DNA from: Mycobacteriaceae bacterium
GTDB lineage: Bacteria; Actinomycetota; Actinomycetes; Mycobacteriales; Mycobacteriaceae
Assembly (NCBI GenBank): GCA_019749805.1
Contig: JAIEPH010000021.1
Location: 41,779-105,778, forward strand
Reading direction: 5' to 3'
DNA: 64,000 nucleotides
Translations under genes and position numbers: made by a program
Shown here: piece after piece, positions 18,891 through 28,437 of the stretch
Layout of the letters: each line of letters opens with the position of its first letter
How positions within the stretch are numbered: position 1 is the stretch's first letter
Notes under the pieces: generated by a model
The model's input: only the letters and a program-made list of their open reading frames with translations
Told to the model about the DNA's origin: nothing
The model's database searches: none

Positions 18891-19472
18891 ATGACGACCG
18901 ACGCACACGAACGCCTGACCGCGTCGGTGCGTCGTCTGATCGACGCCACCATCCGCAGTGAAGTCGATGCGGCGGCCATCGCGGCCGCAACCGACAAGAT
19001 CGAGGCCGCGACGGCTCAGTTGAGCGACTCGCTGATACCGGGATCGTTCGGAGTCCAGACCACCCCCGACGGGCGCTCGATCGCGTTGGGCAATGTGGTG
19101 ATCGGCCGTCGCAATCCGATCGCGCCCCCCTTGGTCATTGAACATGAGGCCGATGGCGCAGTACGCACCGACTTTGTGCTCGGTGCCGCGTACGAGGGAC
19201 CGCCGGGCCATGTCCATGGCGGCGTGTGCGCGTTGATCCTCGACCACGTCCTCGGCGCCACCGCACACAAACCAGACCAGCCCGCCGTCACCGGCACGCT
19301 GACGCTGCGTTACATCCGCGGCACACGTCTTGGCCAGCGCCTTCGCGCGCAGGCGCAGGTCGATCGAATCGACGGAACGAAGACCTTCGCGGTCGGAAGT
19401 ATCACCGACTCCGAGGGCGTGACAGTCGAGGCAGAGGGCATCTTCATCCATCCGAGGAATACGCGGTGGTGA
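18891..19472 (+). CDS. PaaI family (hotdog-fold) thioesterase
   Basis: YEGPPGHVHGGVCALILDHVLG, with RBS aaggag before the ATG at 18891. Confidence 0.9.
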   Translation: MTTDAHERLTASVRRLIDATIRSEVDAAAIAAATDKIEAATAQLSDSLIPGSFGVQTTPDGRSIALGNVVIGRRNPIAPPLVIEHEADGAVRTDFVLGAAYEGPPGHVHGGVCALILDHVLGATAHKPDQPAVTGTLTLRYIRGTRLGQRLRAQAQVDRIDGTKTFAVGSITDSEGVTVEAEGIFIHPRNTRW

Positions 19473-19477
19473 CAGGC

Positions 19478-19492
19478 CCACGGAGCGGGACA
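19478..19492. promoter_or_regulatory. Candidate operator, copy 4 (upstream of SDR 19533)
   Basis: ccacggagcgggaca. Confidence 0.45.
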
Positions 19493-19532
19493 AACGGCTG
19501 ACACCCCGCCGTTTTCACGCGAGTATCTGCCT

Positions 19533-20336
19533 ATGCCTCTTCAGCGATACAACGATCGTCGAGTCCTGATCACCGGCGGCGGCTCCGGGATCGGTCAAGC
19601 AACCGTGCTGCGGATCCTGGACGAAGGGGGCCGGGTGGCGGCGGCGGACGTGAGCGAGTCCGGTTTGAAGGACACCGTCGCCAGGGCCGAGCCGCACCGC
19701 GACCGGCTCACGGCGGTGGTCCTCGACGTGTCCAGTGAGGAGTCCGTCAAACAGGGCGTGGCGCAGGCCGTCGAAGCGCTCGGAGGTCTCGACGCGCTCG
19801 TGAACGCCGCGGGGATATTGCGCTCGGTGCACTTTCTCGAAACCACGCTCGCCGATTTCGAACAGGTGCTGCGGATCAATCTGATCGGCACGTTCCTGAT
19901 GACGCGAGAGGCCATCCCCGCGTTGCGCAACGGCACCGACCCTGCCGTCGTCAACTTCAGCTCTACCTCCGCGGCCTTCGCGCACCCTTACATGTCCGCC
20001 TACGCAGCGTCCAAGGGTGGGATTCAAGCGATGACCCACACGCTCGCGCTGGAGTTCGCGAAGGAGCGCATCCGGTTCAACTCGGTTCAGCCCGGCTCGA
20101 TCTCGTCCGGAATGACCGACGGCACCGGCGAATCCAAACAGAGCATCGGTCCCGGACTGCCCGCCGACGCCGACTTCTCGCTGTTCGGCAAGATCATGCC
20201 GACCCTCCCGGTGGACGGCGGCGGTATGTTCGCCAAGCCGGATGCCGTCGCCGCTGTGGTGGCGATGCTCGCCTCCTCGGATGCCTATTTTGTGACGGGG
20301 ACCGAGGTGCGAGTCGACGGCGGAACCCACATGTAA
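19533..20336 (+). CDS. SDR family oxidoreductase (paralog of 13207-13989)
   Basis: TGGGSGIG, NAAG, YAASK and VTGTEVRVDGG. Confidence 0.93.
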   Translation: MPLQRYNDRRVLITGGGSGIGQATVLRILDEGGRVAAADVSESGLKDTVARAEPHRDRLTAVVLDVSSEESVKQGVAQAVEALGGLDALVNAAGILRSVHFLETTLADFEQVLRINLIGTFLMTREAIPALRNGTDPAVVNFSSTSAAFAHPYMSAYAASKGGIQAMTHTLALEFAKERIRFNSVQPGSISSGMTDGTGESKQSIGPGLPADADFSLFGKIMPTLPVDGGGMFAKPDAVAAVVAMLASSDAYFVTGTEVRVDGGTHM

Positions 20337-20346
20337 CGTGCTTCCA

Positions 20347-21399
20347 ATGACGACCCCCGAGCGGCCCCTCCGCGTCATTCAGTGGACCACCGGCAACATC
20401 GGCCGACGATCGCTGCACGCGATCATCGGCCGCGACGACATGGAGCTCGTCGGCGTGTACGCCCACGGCGCCGACAAGGTGGGAGTCGACGCGGCCGAAC
20501 TGTCGGGCTGGCCCGAACCCACCGGCATCAAGGCCACCAACGACATCGCGGAGCTCATCGCACTGAAGCCCGACGCCTGTTGTTACAACCCGTTGTGGCC
20601 CAGCATCGATGAACTCGTCGCGCTGCTCGAAGCCGGCGTGAACGTATGTTCCAGCGCCGCCTGGATCACCGGTGGCAAGCAGACGCCCGAGGATCTGACG
20701 CGCATCCGGAAAGCCTGCGAGAAAGGCAATTCCACGATCTTCGGCAATGGCGCCCATCCCGGCATGACGAACATGGTGGGCATGGTGCTGTCAGGCTCGT
20801 GTGAGCGCGTCGACGAAATCCGGATCACCGAATCGGTCGACTGCTCGACGTACGAGTCGGCGGGAACGCAGACGGCGATGGGCTTCTCGCAGGATCCCGA
20901 CACCCCGGGTCTGGCCGAGAGCGTGCGACGCGAGAGCGAGGTGTTCGCCGAATCCGCAGCGATGATGGCCGACGCCATCGGCGCCAAGCTCGACAGAATG
21001 ACGTTCGACGTGACATTCACGCCCGCCACCGGCGACAGCGATCTGGGATTCATGCAGATCCGCTCGGGCGCCGTCGGCGGTGTCATGGGCTATCACCGTG
21101 GCTGGGTGGGCGACAAGAACGTCGTCAGCGTCGGATTCAACTGGATCATGGGCAGCCACGTCACCCCGCCCAAGCCGCTCGAACACGGTCACGTCATTCA
21201 GGTGTTCGGCCTGCCGAACATGCGCACGGTGCTGCACTGCCTGCCGCCCAAGGACTGGACCGAGCCCGGGTTCATGGGCCTCGGCATGATCTACACCGCG
21301 ATGCCGGTGACCAACGCCGTGCCCGCAGTCGTCGCGGCCGCACCGGGCATCGTCACGCTCAAGGATCTCCCGCCGGTCACCGGCCGGGTAGCGCACTAA
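20347..21399 (+). CDS. DapB-N-like NAD(P)-dependent dehydrogenase (2,4-diaminopentanoate DH / native amine dehydrogenase-like)
   Basis: VIQWTTGNIG Rossmann variant, LEAGVNV, GAHPG, and C-terminal TAMPVTNAVPAVVAAAPGI. Alternative GTG start at 20338. Confidence 0.75.
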   Translation: MTTPERPLRVIQWTTGNIGRRSLHAIIGRDDMELVGVYAHGADKVGVDAAELSGWPEPTGIKATNDIAELIALKPDACCYNPLWPSIDELVALLEAGVNVCSSAAWITGGKQTPEDLTRIRKACEKGNSTIFGNGAHPGMTNMVGMVLSGSCERVDEIRITESVDCSTYESAGTQTAMGFSQDPDTPGLAESVRRESEVFAESAAMMADAIGAKLDRMTFDVTFTPATGDSDLGFMQIRSGAVGGVMGYHRGWVGDKNVVSVGFNWIMGSHVTPPKPLEHGHVIQVFGLPNMRTVLHCLPPKDWTEPGFMGLGMIYTAMPVTNAVPAVVAAAPGIVTLKDLPPVTGRVAH

Positions 21400-22232
21400 T
21401 CGGCGGTCTGGACCACGACGCCGATGGCGCCGGCGCCGAGGTGAATCGACAACACCGGGCCCATGTCGGCGACGGTGAGTGAATCGATCTGCGGTAAGCG
21501 CGCGGTCAGCGCGGCGCCCATTTCGTCTGCGCCATCGTGATTGTCGACGTGGTGGACCGCGATCCTCGCACCGCCCTCGCCGACGATCTCCGCGACCCGC
21601 TCGACCATAGCGGTATGCGCCTTGGTGAGCGTGCGCACTCGCTGATCCAGCACGAGCCGACCGTCCACATCCAGACACAGCAGCGGCTTGAGCGACAGCG
21701 CCGTGCCCAGCCACGACGCGGCCGTGCCGATCCGTCCACTGCGCCGCAAGTTGTCCAGGCGGTGCACAACGATGAATGCATGAGTGCGCGGCACCGCCGA
21801 ACGGGCTTCCGCCTCAACGGTTTCCAGATCCTCGCCCGCGGCCGCCGCGTCTGCCGCGGCGCACGCGACAAATCCGACCCCCATTCCCGCCGATCGCGAA
21901 TTGACCACGCGGACCGAGGGGCCGAACTCGCGGGCTACCTGCACCGCCGTGCTGAAGGTGCTCGACAGCGCGGCGGAGAGGTGGACTGCGACGACACCGT
22001 CGCCGTTGCTGTCGGCCAGCGCCTGCCGGTACGTCTCCGTCAGCGCCGCCGGCGATGCCCCCGAGGTCGTCGCGCGGGGGCGGTCGTGAATGTCGTTGGG
22101 CACGTCGTCGATACCGTCTCGCAGATCGGCGCCGTCGACAAGGATATGCAGCGGCACCTGACGGATGTTGTTCTGCTTCAGCTCATCTGCGGTCAGGCGG
22201 GACGACGAGTCCGTCACGACAATTACGGACAT
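21396..22232 (-). CDS. DegV family fatty-acid-binding protein (Rv2417c-like)
   Basis: [33 protein letters not shown] and SIHLG. Confidence 0.93.
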   Translation of the reverse strand: MSVIVVTDSSSRLTADELKQNNIRQVPLHILVDGADLRDGIDDVPNDIHDRPRATTSGASPAALTETYRQALADSNGDGVVAVHLSAALSSTFSTAVQVAREFGPSVRVVNSRSAGMGVGFVACAAADAAAAGEDLETVEAEARSAVPRTHAFIVVHRLDNLRRSGRIGTAASWLGTALSLKPLLCLDVDGRLVLDQRVRTLTKAHTAMVERVAEIVGEGGARIAVHHVDNHDGADEMGAALTARLPQIDSLTVADMGPVLSIHLGAGAIGVVVQTAD

Positions 22233-22951
22233 GCCACGCCGGCCTCCGCGAGCGCCTTGAGCATCAGGTCGGCCACGGCCTGATGCGCTTCGAAATTCCA
22301 ATGGATGCCGTCCGGATTCCCACGGCCACTCATGACCTCGTCGCCGACCGCGGCCTTCAGGTCGACGAGGGGAATGTCGTGTTCGGCCGCCCATGCGCTG
22401 ATTGCCTTCACCGTGCCTTCGCGGCCGTGGTGCGCCTTTCCGTAGGTCTCGGCGATGTGCACCGAAGGCAATGACGCCACCACCGGGATTCCGGGACGGT
22501 TGAAATCGATGGCGCCACGCGTCATCTCGAGGTATTCGACCGACACGTGCGGCGGCAGCGCCGCACGTGACACCGGCGACAAGCGGGGCTGCAACCAGCC
22601 GTACCCATCGCGCGCCCACCGCCGCAGCCACGCCGGACGGACGTACCGGATCAGCTCGCGCAACGCGGTGGGCAGCGGCGACGGCAGCGAATCCATTCCA
22701 CATGTCGCGAACACCACCGCACCCGCACGCGGCAGCGCCGCCCAGGCCCGCGGGTCCTGCGTCGCGGCCCACCACACGTCGCGGCAGGTCCAGCCGATCC
22801 GGCCGATGAGCTCGACATCCCAATCAAGTTGTCCGGCAACGATATTAGGCCATATTCGCGGATCGTCAGACGGGAGCCCGCCGGTCGGACCGTAGTAGGA
22901 CAGCGAGTCGCAGAACAGCAGCAGCGTCGGGCGGAGGGGATCAGAGGACAT
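22223..22951 (-). CDS. octT: Diglucosylglycerate octanoyltransferase (SGNH fold, MGLP synthesis)
   Basis: CDSLSYYGP and DGIHW; syntenic with gpgP as Rv2418c/Rv2419c. Confidence 0.85.
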   Translation of the reverse strand: MSSDPLRPTLLLFCDSLSYYGPTGGLPSDDPRIWPNIVAGQLDWDVELIGRIGWTCRDVWWAATQDPRAWAALPRAGAVVFATCGMDSLPSPLPTALRELIRYVRPAWLRRWARDGYGWLQPRLSPVSRAALPPHVSVEYLEMTRGAIDFNRPGIPVVASLPSVHIAETYGKAHHGREGTVKAISAWAAEHDIPLVDLKAAVGDEVMSGRGNPDGIHWNFEAHQAVADLMLKALAEAGVACP

Positions 22952-23609
22952 CGTTGGCAACCTGCGCCGAAGCGTTCCAGACGTCGAGCCGCCAGCGAAT
23001 GTCCGCATGCGCGGCGTTGACGTCGCTGTGCGCCGACAATTGCACCCAGCTGCAGTTGCCCATGCCGCCGAGGATCGGCCAGTTGTCGACGGGCAAACCG
23101 AGTAATGCCGCGGTCAGCGCCGCGATCAGCCCGCCGTGGGCGACGAGCACGACCGGCCGTTCCGGATCATCGACCCCCCAATCCGGGTGCTCGGCGAGCA
23201 GCTCGTTCACCAGCGGCATGCTGCGCACGGCCACGTCGACCCTGCTCTCGCCGCCGTGCGGTGCCCAGCGGGCGTTGTCGCGCCACGCCAGTCGGGCGCC
23301 CGGCGCCTGGGCGTCGACCTCGAGATGCGTCAACCCCTGCCAGTCGCCGAGGTGCGTCTCGCGAAGCCGCGTGTCCACCTGTACCGGCATTCCGGCGCGC
23401 TCCCCCAGGCTGACCGCGGTGTCCAACGCCCGTCGCAGGTCGGAGGACACGATGAGCAACGGCTGCCGCTTCGCCAACACCTCGGCCGCGGCAACGGCCT
23501 GGTCCCGGCCCAGATCGGACAGGTCGGTGTCCAGTTGGCCCTGCATGCGGCTGCCCGCGTTGAACTCGGTCTGCCCGTGACGCAGCAGGACCAGTCGGCG
23601 GATCCTCAC
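22941..23609 (-). CDS. gpgP: Glucosyl-3-phosphoglycerate phosphatase (histidine phosphatase)
   Basis: [25 protein letters not shown] and AHGG; synteny. Confidence 0.9.
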   Translation of the reverse strand: MRIRRLVLLRHGQTEFNAGSRMQGQLDTDLSDLGRDQAVAAAEVLAKRQPLLIVSSDLRRALDTAVSLGERAGMPVQVDTRLRETHLGDWQGLTHLEVDAQAPGARLAWRDNARWAPHGGESRVDVAVRSMPLVNELLAEHPDWGVDDPERPVVLVAHGGLIAALTAALLGLPVDNWPILGGMGNCSWVQLSAHSDVNAAHADIRWRLDVWNASAQVANDVL

Positions 23610-24040
23610 GACTCGGATTCCTCCGCTCTTCGCGCAAGCGGCTCATCGCCGTCCTCTGCTCTTCGCGCAAGCGGCTCATCGCCGTCCAGATCCACAGTCA
23701 GCACCGGGCAGTCACGCCACAGGCGATCCAGCGCATAGAAGTCGCGCTCGTCCTGATGCTGGATGTGCACGACGATGTCGACGAAATCGAGCAGCGTCCA
23801 CCGTCCCTCGCGCCCACCTTCCCGCCGGGCCGGCTTGTGCCCCGCGAGCCGCATCTTCTCCTCGACCTCGTCGACGATCGCGTTGACCTGCCGCTCGTTG
23901 GACGCCGACGCGATGACGAAGCAGTCGGTGATCACCAGCTGCCCAGAAACGTCGATCACGATGACGTCCTCGGCGAGCTTGGACGACGCCGCCCGCGCGG
24001 CCACGGTCGCCATGTCGATCGACTCTTGGGATGCGCTCAT
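23606..24040 (-). CDS. rsfS: Ribosome silencing factor with a duplicated C-terminal 11-aa repeat
   Basis: [27 protein letters not shown] and [11 protein letters not shown]. Confidence 0.95.
   Translation of the reverse strand: MSASQESIDMATVAARAASSKLAEDVIVIDVSGQLVITDCFVIASASNERQVNAIVDEVEEKMRLAGHKPARREGGREGRWTLLDFVDIVVHIQHQDERDFYALDRLWRDCPVLTVDLDGDEPLARRAEDGDEPLARRAEESES
23621..23686. repeat. 33-bp tandem duplication, MIRU-like, inside the rsfS 3' end
   Basis: ctc(c/t)gctcttcgcgcaagcggctcatcgccgtc x2 (23621-23653, 23654-23686), encoding [11 protein letters not shown] x2. Confidence 0.85.
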
Positions 24041-24675
24041 CGGGTGGACTCCTCATTCAACGAATTGGCCTCGTACAGCTTGCGTTTGGCCACGTACTGC
24101 ACCACACCGTCGGGCACCAGATACCAGATGGGCCTGCCCTTTTCGGCGCGCTTACGGCAGTCGGTCGACGAGATCGCCAGCGCGGGGACCTCCACGAGAC
24201 TCAGCGCTTCAGGCGGCAGCTCGGCCATGGCCGCCTTGATGTGCTGACCATCGAGCTCGTAGCCGGGCCGGCTGACTCCGACGAATTTCGCGATGGAGAA
24301 CATCTCCTCCCAGTTCTGCCAGGACAGAATCGATGCCAGCGCGTCCGCTCCGGTGATGAAGTACAGGTCCGCGTCCGGATTGAGCGCACGCAGGTCGCGC
24401 AGCGTGTCCTTGGTGTAGGTCGGACCGCCGCGGTCGATGTCGACGCGGCTGACCGAGAACCTCGGGTTGGACGCGGTGGCGATGACGGTCATCAAATAGC
24501 GGTCCTCGGCGGCGGTGACGTGGCGGTGATGCTTCTGCCACGGCTGACCGGTCGGGACGAACACCACCTCATCGAGCTCGAACAAGTCGGTGACCTCGCT
24601 GGCTGCGACCAGGTGGCCGTTGTGGATGGGATCGAACGTCCCACCCATCACGCCCAGCCTGCGTCGCGAAACCAC
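24037..24675 (-). CDS. nadD: Nicotinate-nucleotide adenylyltransferase
   Basis: [18 protein letters not shown] and ISST. Confidence 0.96.
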   Translation of the reverse strand: MVSRRRLGVMGGTFDPIHNGHLVAASEVTDLFELDEVVFVPTGQPWQKHHRHVTAAEDRYLMTVIATASNPRFSVSRVDIDRGGPTYTKDTLRDLRALNPDADLYFITGADALASILSWQNWEEMFSIAKFVGVSRPGYELDGQHIKAAMAELPPEALSLVEVPALAISSTDCRKRAEKGRPIWYLVPDGVVQYVAKRKLYEANSLNEESTR

Positions 24676-24699
24676 GATTGACCAGCTTACTTCCCACGT

Positions 24700-24757
24700 C
24701 GAGCGTGGGCTTGACGCACGGTTTCGGCCGACAAAGTGTGCGGGTAACCCACGTTCG
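24700..24757. repeat. Imperfect REP-like inverted repeat between the VWA gene and nadD
   Basis: gagcgtggg...cgcac pairs with gtgcg...cccacgttc. Confidence 0.5.
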
Positions 24758-24765
24758 CGCCGAAC

Positions 24766-26214
24766 CTAGACCGGCAGCAGCGCATCGATGACCGAGGCCA
24801 GCTGCTTGGCGGACCGACATTCGTGCATGGTGATGACGTCCTGATAGCGCGGCACCGCCGAATCACCGCTGCCCCATAGATGCCGCGGCTCGGGGTTGAG
24901 CCAGTGTGCGTGCCTGCTGGAGTTGACCATGTGCGCCAGCAGATCGATCTCGGGGTTGCGGTAGTTGTTGCGCCCGTCGCCCAGCACCAGCAGGGAGCTA
25001 CGCGGCGACAGCACATTCGGCCAGGTGTTCATGAACGAGACGAACGCGTGCCCGTAGTCGGAATGACCGTCTCGGGTGTACACCCCCGCTTCGCGGGTGA
25101 TGCGCTGCACGGCGACGGCCAGGTCGGCGTCTGGCCCGAACAACTCGGTCACCTCGTCGGTGGTGTCTATAAAGGCAAAGACGCGCACCCTACTGAACTG
25201 CTGGCGCAGCGCGTGCACGAGCATCAACGTGAAATGGCTGAAGCCGGCAACCGACCCGGATACGTCGCACAGCACCACCAGTTCGGGCCGCGCCGGATGC
25301 GGCTTCTTGAGCACCACGTCGATCGGCACGCCGCCGGTGGACATCGATTTGCGCAGTGTCTTGCGCAGATCGATCTCACCTTGTCGCGCCCGGCGCCGCC
25401 GGGCGGCCAGCCGGGTCGCCAACGTGCGCGCCAGCGGCTTCACGACGCGTTGCATCTGACGCAGCTGTTCGCCTGAGGCACGAAGGAACTCGACGTTCTC
25501 CGCGAGCTGCGGCACGCCGTACATCTGCACATGGTCGCGGCCCAGCTGTTCAGCGGTGCGACGCTTGGTTTCCGCCTCGACCATTCGACGCAATTGGTTG
25601 ATGCGTTGCGCCGCCATCGCTTTGGCGATCTGCTCCTGGGTCGGCGTCGGTTCGTCGCCGTAGGGGGCGAGCAGGCCGGCCAGCAGCCGGCCTTCCAGGT
25701 CGTCGAGGTTCATGGCCTTGAGCGCCTGATAGGACGAATAAGAAGGGCCGCGGCTGGAGTTGTACCGCCCGTGCGCCTCGACGATCTGGGCGATCATCCG
25801 CTGGAGCCGCTCATCCAGATTGGCTAGATCCTCGTTGGCTTCCAACAGGTCCAACAGCGCCTGCCGCATGGCATCGACATCCTCGGGCGGCAGTCCCTCG
25901 GGCTCACCGCCCGTTTCGTCGTCATCGTCGACGAAGACCGTCTTCGCCCCCAGCGCCGCGGGAAACCACAGATCGAACATCGCGTCGTAGGTCTCGCGGT
26001 GATCGGGGCGGCGGAGCACCGCGCACGCAAGACCCTCGCGCAGCTGTTCCCGACTCTGCAGGCCCAGTACCGACATCACCCGTCCGGCATCGACGGTCTC
26101 CGACGGACCCACCGAAATCCCCTGCCCGCGCAGCGCTTCCACGAACTCGACCAGGTGGCCTGGTATTCCGTGCGGCGCCAATGGCTGCGGTGGACGGGTT
26201 CGGCGGATGGCCAT
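24766..26214 (-). CDS. VWA domain protein, CoxE-like (Rv2425c-like)
   Basis: MIDAS motif DVSGS, IDLRKTLR, and GDGRNN...WLNPE. Start MAIRRT at 26214. Confidence 0.9.
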   Translation of the reverse strand: MAIRRTRPPQPLAPHGIPGHLVEFVEALRGQGISVGPSETVDAGRVMSVLGLQSREQLREGLACAVLRRPDHRETYDAMFDLWFPAALGAKTVFVDDDDETGGEPEGLPPEDVDAMRQALLDLLEANEDLANLDERLQRMIAQIVEAHGRYNSSRGPSYSSYQALKAMNLDDLEGRLLAGLLAPYGDEPTPTQEQIAKAMAAQRINQLRRMVEAETKRRTAEQLGRDHVQMYGVPQLAENVEFLRASGEQLRQMQRVVKPLARTLATRLAARRRRARQGEIDLRKTLRKSMSTGGVPIDVVLKKPHPARPELVVLCDVSGSVAGFSHFTLMLVHALRQQFSRVRVFAFIDTTDEVTELFGPDADLAVAVQRITREAGVYTRDGHSDYGHAFVSFMNTWPNVLSPRSSLLVLGDGRNNYRNPEIDLLAHMVNSSRHAHWLNPEPRHLWGSGDSAVPRYQDVITMHECRSAKQLASVIDALLPV

Positions 26215-26227
26215 CAGTTCTGCCCCA

Positions 26228-27103
26228 TCAATTGAGCCGGAGTTCGCCGGACGCTTTGACTTGATCGGACTGGTGTTTGAGCACCACTCCGAGAGTCGCC
26301 GCGATGGTCGCGTCGCTGATCGTGTCCAGACCCAGTGCCAGCAGCGTGCGGGCCCAGTCGATGGTCTCGGCCACCGAGGGCAGCTTCTTGAGCTGCATTC
26401 CGCGCAGCACGCCGATGATGCGAACCAGCTCCTCGGCGAGGTGTTCAGGCAGTTCGGGCACGCGGGACAACAGGATGCGCCGTTCCAGCTCGGCATCGGG
26501 AAAGTCGATGTGGAGGAACAGACACCGGCGCTTGAGAGCCTCTGACAGTTCGCGAGTGGCATTGGAGGTCAGCACGACGAACGGCTTGCGTTCGGCGGTG
26601 ATCGTGCCCAGTTCGGGCACCGTCACCGCGAAGTCGCTCAGTACCTCCAGCAACAGGCCCTCGATCTCGATGTCGGCCTTGTCCGTTTCGTCGATCAACA
26701 GGACCGTCGGCTCGGTGCGCCGGATCGCAGTCAGTAGCGGACGCGTCAGCAGGAACTCTTCGCTGAACACATCGGTTTTGGTCTGGTCCCAGTCACCGGA
26801 GCCGGCCTGGATGCGCAGGATCTGCTTGGCGTGGTTCCACTCGTACAGCGCGCGGGCCTCGTCGACGCCCTCGTAGCACTGCAGCCGCACCAGACCTGAG
26901 CCGGTCGCCTGCGCGACCGCACGAGCCAATTCGGTCTTGCCCACACCCGCGGGGCCCTCGACCAACAGGGGCTTGCCCAGCCGGTCGGCGAGGAATACCG
27001 CGGTGGCGGTTGCGGTGTCGGGAAGGTAGCCGGTCTCGGCGAGCTTCTTGCCGACATCGTCGATGTCGGCGAACAACGGTGCTGGGCGTGCGGGGACGCT
27101 CAC
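26228..27103 (-). CDS. MoxR family AAA+ ATPase, CoxD-like (Rv2426c-like)
   Basis: Walker A GPAGVGKT, Walker B LLIDE, and TSNATRELSEALKRRC. GTG start at 27103. Confidence 0.93.
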   Translation of the reverse strand: MSVPARPAPLFADIDDVGKKLAETGYLPDTATATAVFLADRLGKPLLVEGPAGVGKTELARAVAQATGSGLVRLQCYEGVDEARALYEWNHAKQILRIQAGSGDWDQTKTDVFSEEFLLTRPLLTAIRRTEPTVLLIDETDKADIEIEGLLLEVLSDFAVTVPELGTITAERKPFVVLTSNATRELSEALKRRCLFLHIDFPDAELERRILLSRVPELPEHLAEELVRIIGVLRGMQLKKLPSVAETIDWARTLLALGLDTISDATIAATLGVVLKHQSDQVKASGELRLN

Positions 27104-27117
27104 TCGGCTACTCCTAT

Positions 27118-28365
27118 TCAGGCGGGACGGGTCTGGCCGTCGCCCCACACAATCCACTTGGTCGATGTCAGTTCGGGCAGGCCCATCGGGCCCCTGGCGT
27201 GCAGCTTCTGGGTTGAGATGCCGATCTCGGCGCCGAACCCGAACTGCTCACCGTCGGTGAACGCCGTCGATGCGTTCACCATCACCGCCGCGGCGTCCAC
27301 CCGTTCGGTGAACCGTTGTGCAGCAGCGAGATTCGTCGTCACAATGGCTTCGGTATGTCCGGTGCCGTATTCGTTGACGTGCTCGATCGCGGCGTCTAGG
27401 CCGTCAACCACCGCGACCGAGATGTCCATCGACAGGAACTCCGCGCGCAGTTCGTCGTCCGAAGGATTCTCGTGCAGCGTGACGCCCGCGTCGCGCAACG
27501 CTTGGGTCAGCCGCGGCAGTGCGGTGTCGGCGATCGCGGCGTCGATCAACAGCGATTCGGCAGCATTGCACACGCTGGGCCTGCGCGTCTTGGCGTTGAG
27601 CAGAATTCGTTCGGCGACATCGAGATCGGCCGATTCGTGCACGTACACATGGCAATTGCCGACACCAGTCTCGATGGTGGGGACCATCGCGTCGCGGACC
27701 ACCGCGTCAATCAGTCCTGCTCCCCCGCGCGGGATCACGACATCGACGAGACCGCGGGCCTGGATCAGATGCGTGACGCTGGCGCGGTCGGCGCTGGGAA
27801 GCAGCTGCACCACGTCGGGTTCGAGCCCCTCACCGACCATCGCTGCCCGCAGCGCGGTGACGAGCGCTTCGTTGGACTGGGCCGCCGACGAGCTTCCGCG
27901 CAGCAGCACCGAATTGCCGGACTTCAGGGTCAACCCGAATGCGTCGACCGTGACGTTGGGCCTGCCTTCATAGACGATGCCGACTACGCCGAGCGGGACG
28001 CGCTGCTGCCGCAATTGCAGGCCGTTGGGCAGCGTGCGCCCGCGCAGCACCTCGCCGATGGGGTCGGGCAGCCCGGCGACCTGTCGCAGTCCGGCGGCAA
28101 TGCCGTCCACGCGCTGAGGGTTCAGCGCGAGCCGGTCGAGCATGGCGTCCGGCGTGCCCGCGGCCCTGGCAGTCTCGAGGTCGCGCTCGTTGGCGGCGAG
28201 GATCTCGTGCACCCGCGCAAGCACCGCGTCTGCCGCGGCATGCAGCGCGCGGTTCTTGGTTTCGGTGGACAGCGTGGCCAGGGTGCGTGCGGCGACACGG
28301 GCCCGGCGGGCGGCGTCGTGGACCTGCGAGCGCAAGTCGGAAAGCACTGGTGCCTGCACACTCAT
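27118..28365 (-). CDS. proA: Gamma-glutamyl phosphate reductase
   Basis: [24 protein letters not shown] and [19 protein letters not shown]. Confidence 0.97.
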   Translation of the reverse strand: MSVQAPVLSDLRSQVHDAARRARVAARTLATLSTETKNRALHAAADAVLARVHEILAANERDLETARAAGTPDAMLDRLALNPQRVDGIAAGLRQVAGLPDPIGEVLRGRTLPNGLQLRQQRVPLGVVGIVYEGRPNVTVDAFGLTLKSGNSVLLRGSSSAAQSNEALVTALRAAMVGEGLEPDVVQLLPSADRASVTHLIQARGLVDVVIPRGGAGLIDAVVRDAMVPTIETGVGNCHVYVHESADLDVAERILLNAKTRRPSVCNAAESLLIDAAIADTALPRLTQALRDAGVTLHENPSDDELRAEFLSMDISVAVVDGLDAAIEHVNEYGTGHTEAIVTTNLAAAQRFTERVDAAAVMVNASTAFTDGEQFGFGAEIGISTQKLHARGPMGLPELTSTKWIVWGDGQTRPA

Positions 28366-28437
28366 TGAGCCAGCGTATCGAACCTCTCTGGGCCGTTCGA
28401 CACGTGTCAGGTAGCGGGCCTGGGCTAGCTTGGCTGT

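Noticed and set aside
1-21399. KstR/KstR2 operators in the steroid island
   Set aside because: No TnnAACnnGTTnnA or AnCAAGnnCTTGnT match was noticed in the intergenic regions by eye; a scan would be needed to be sure.
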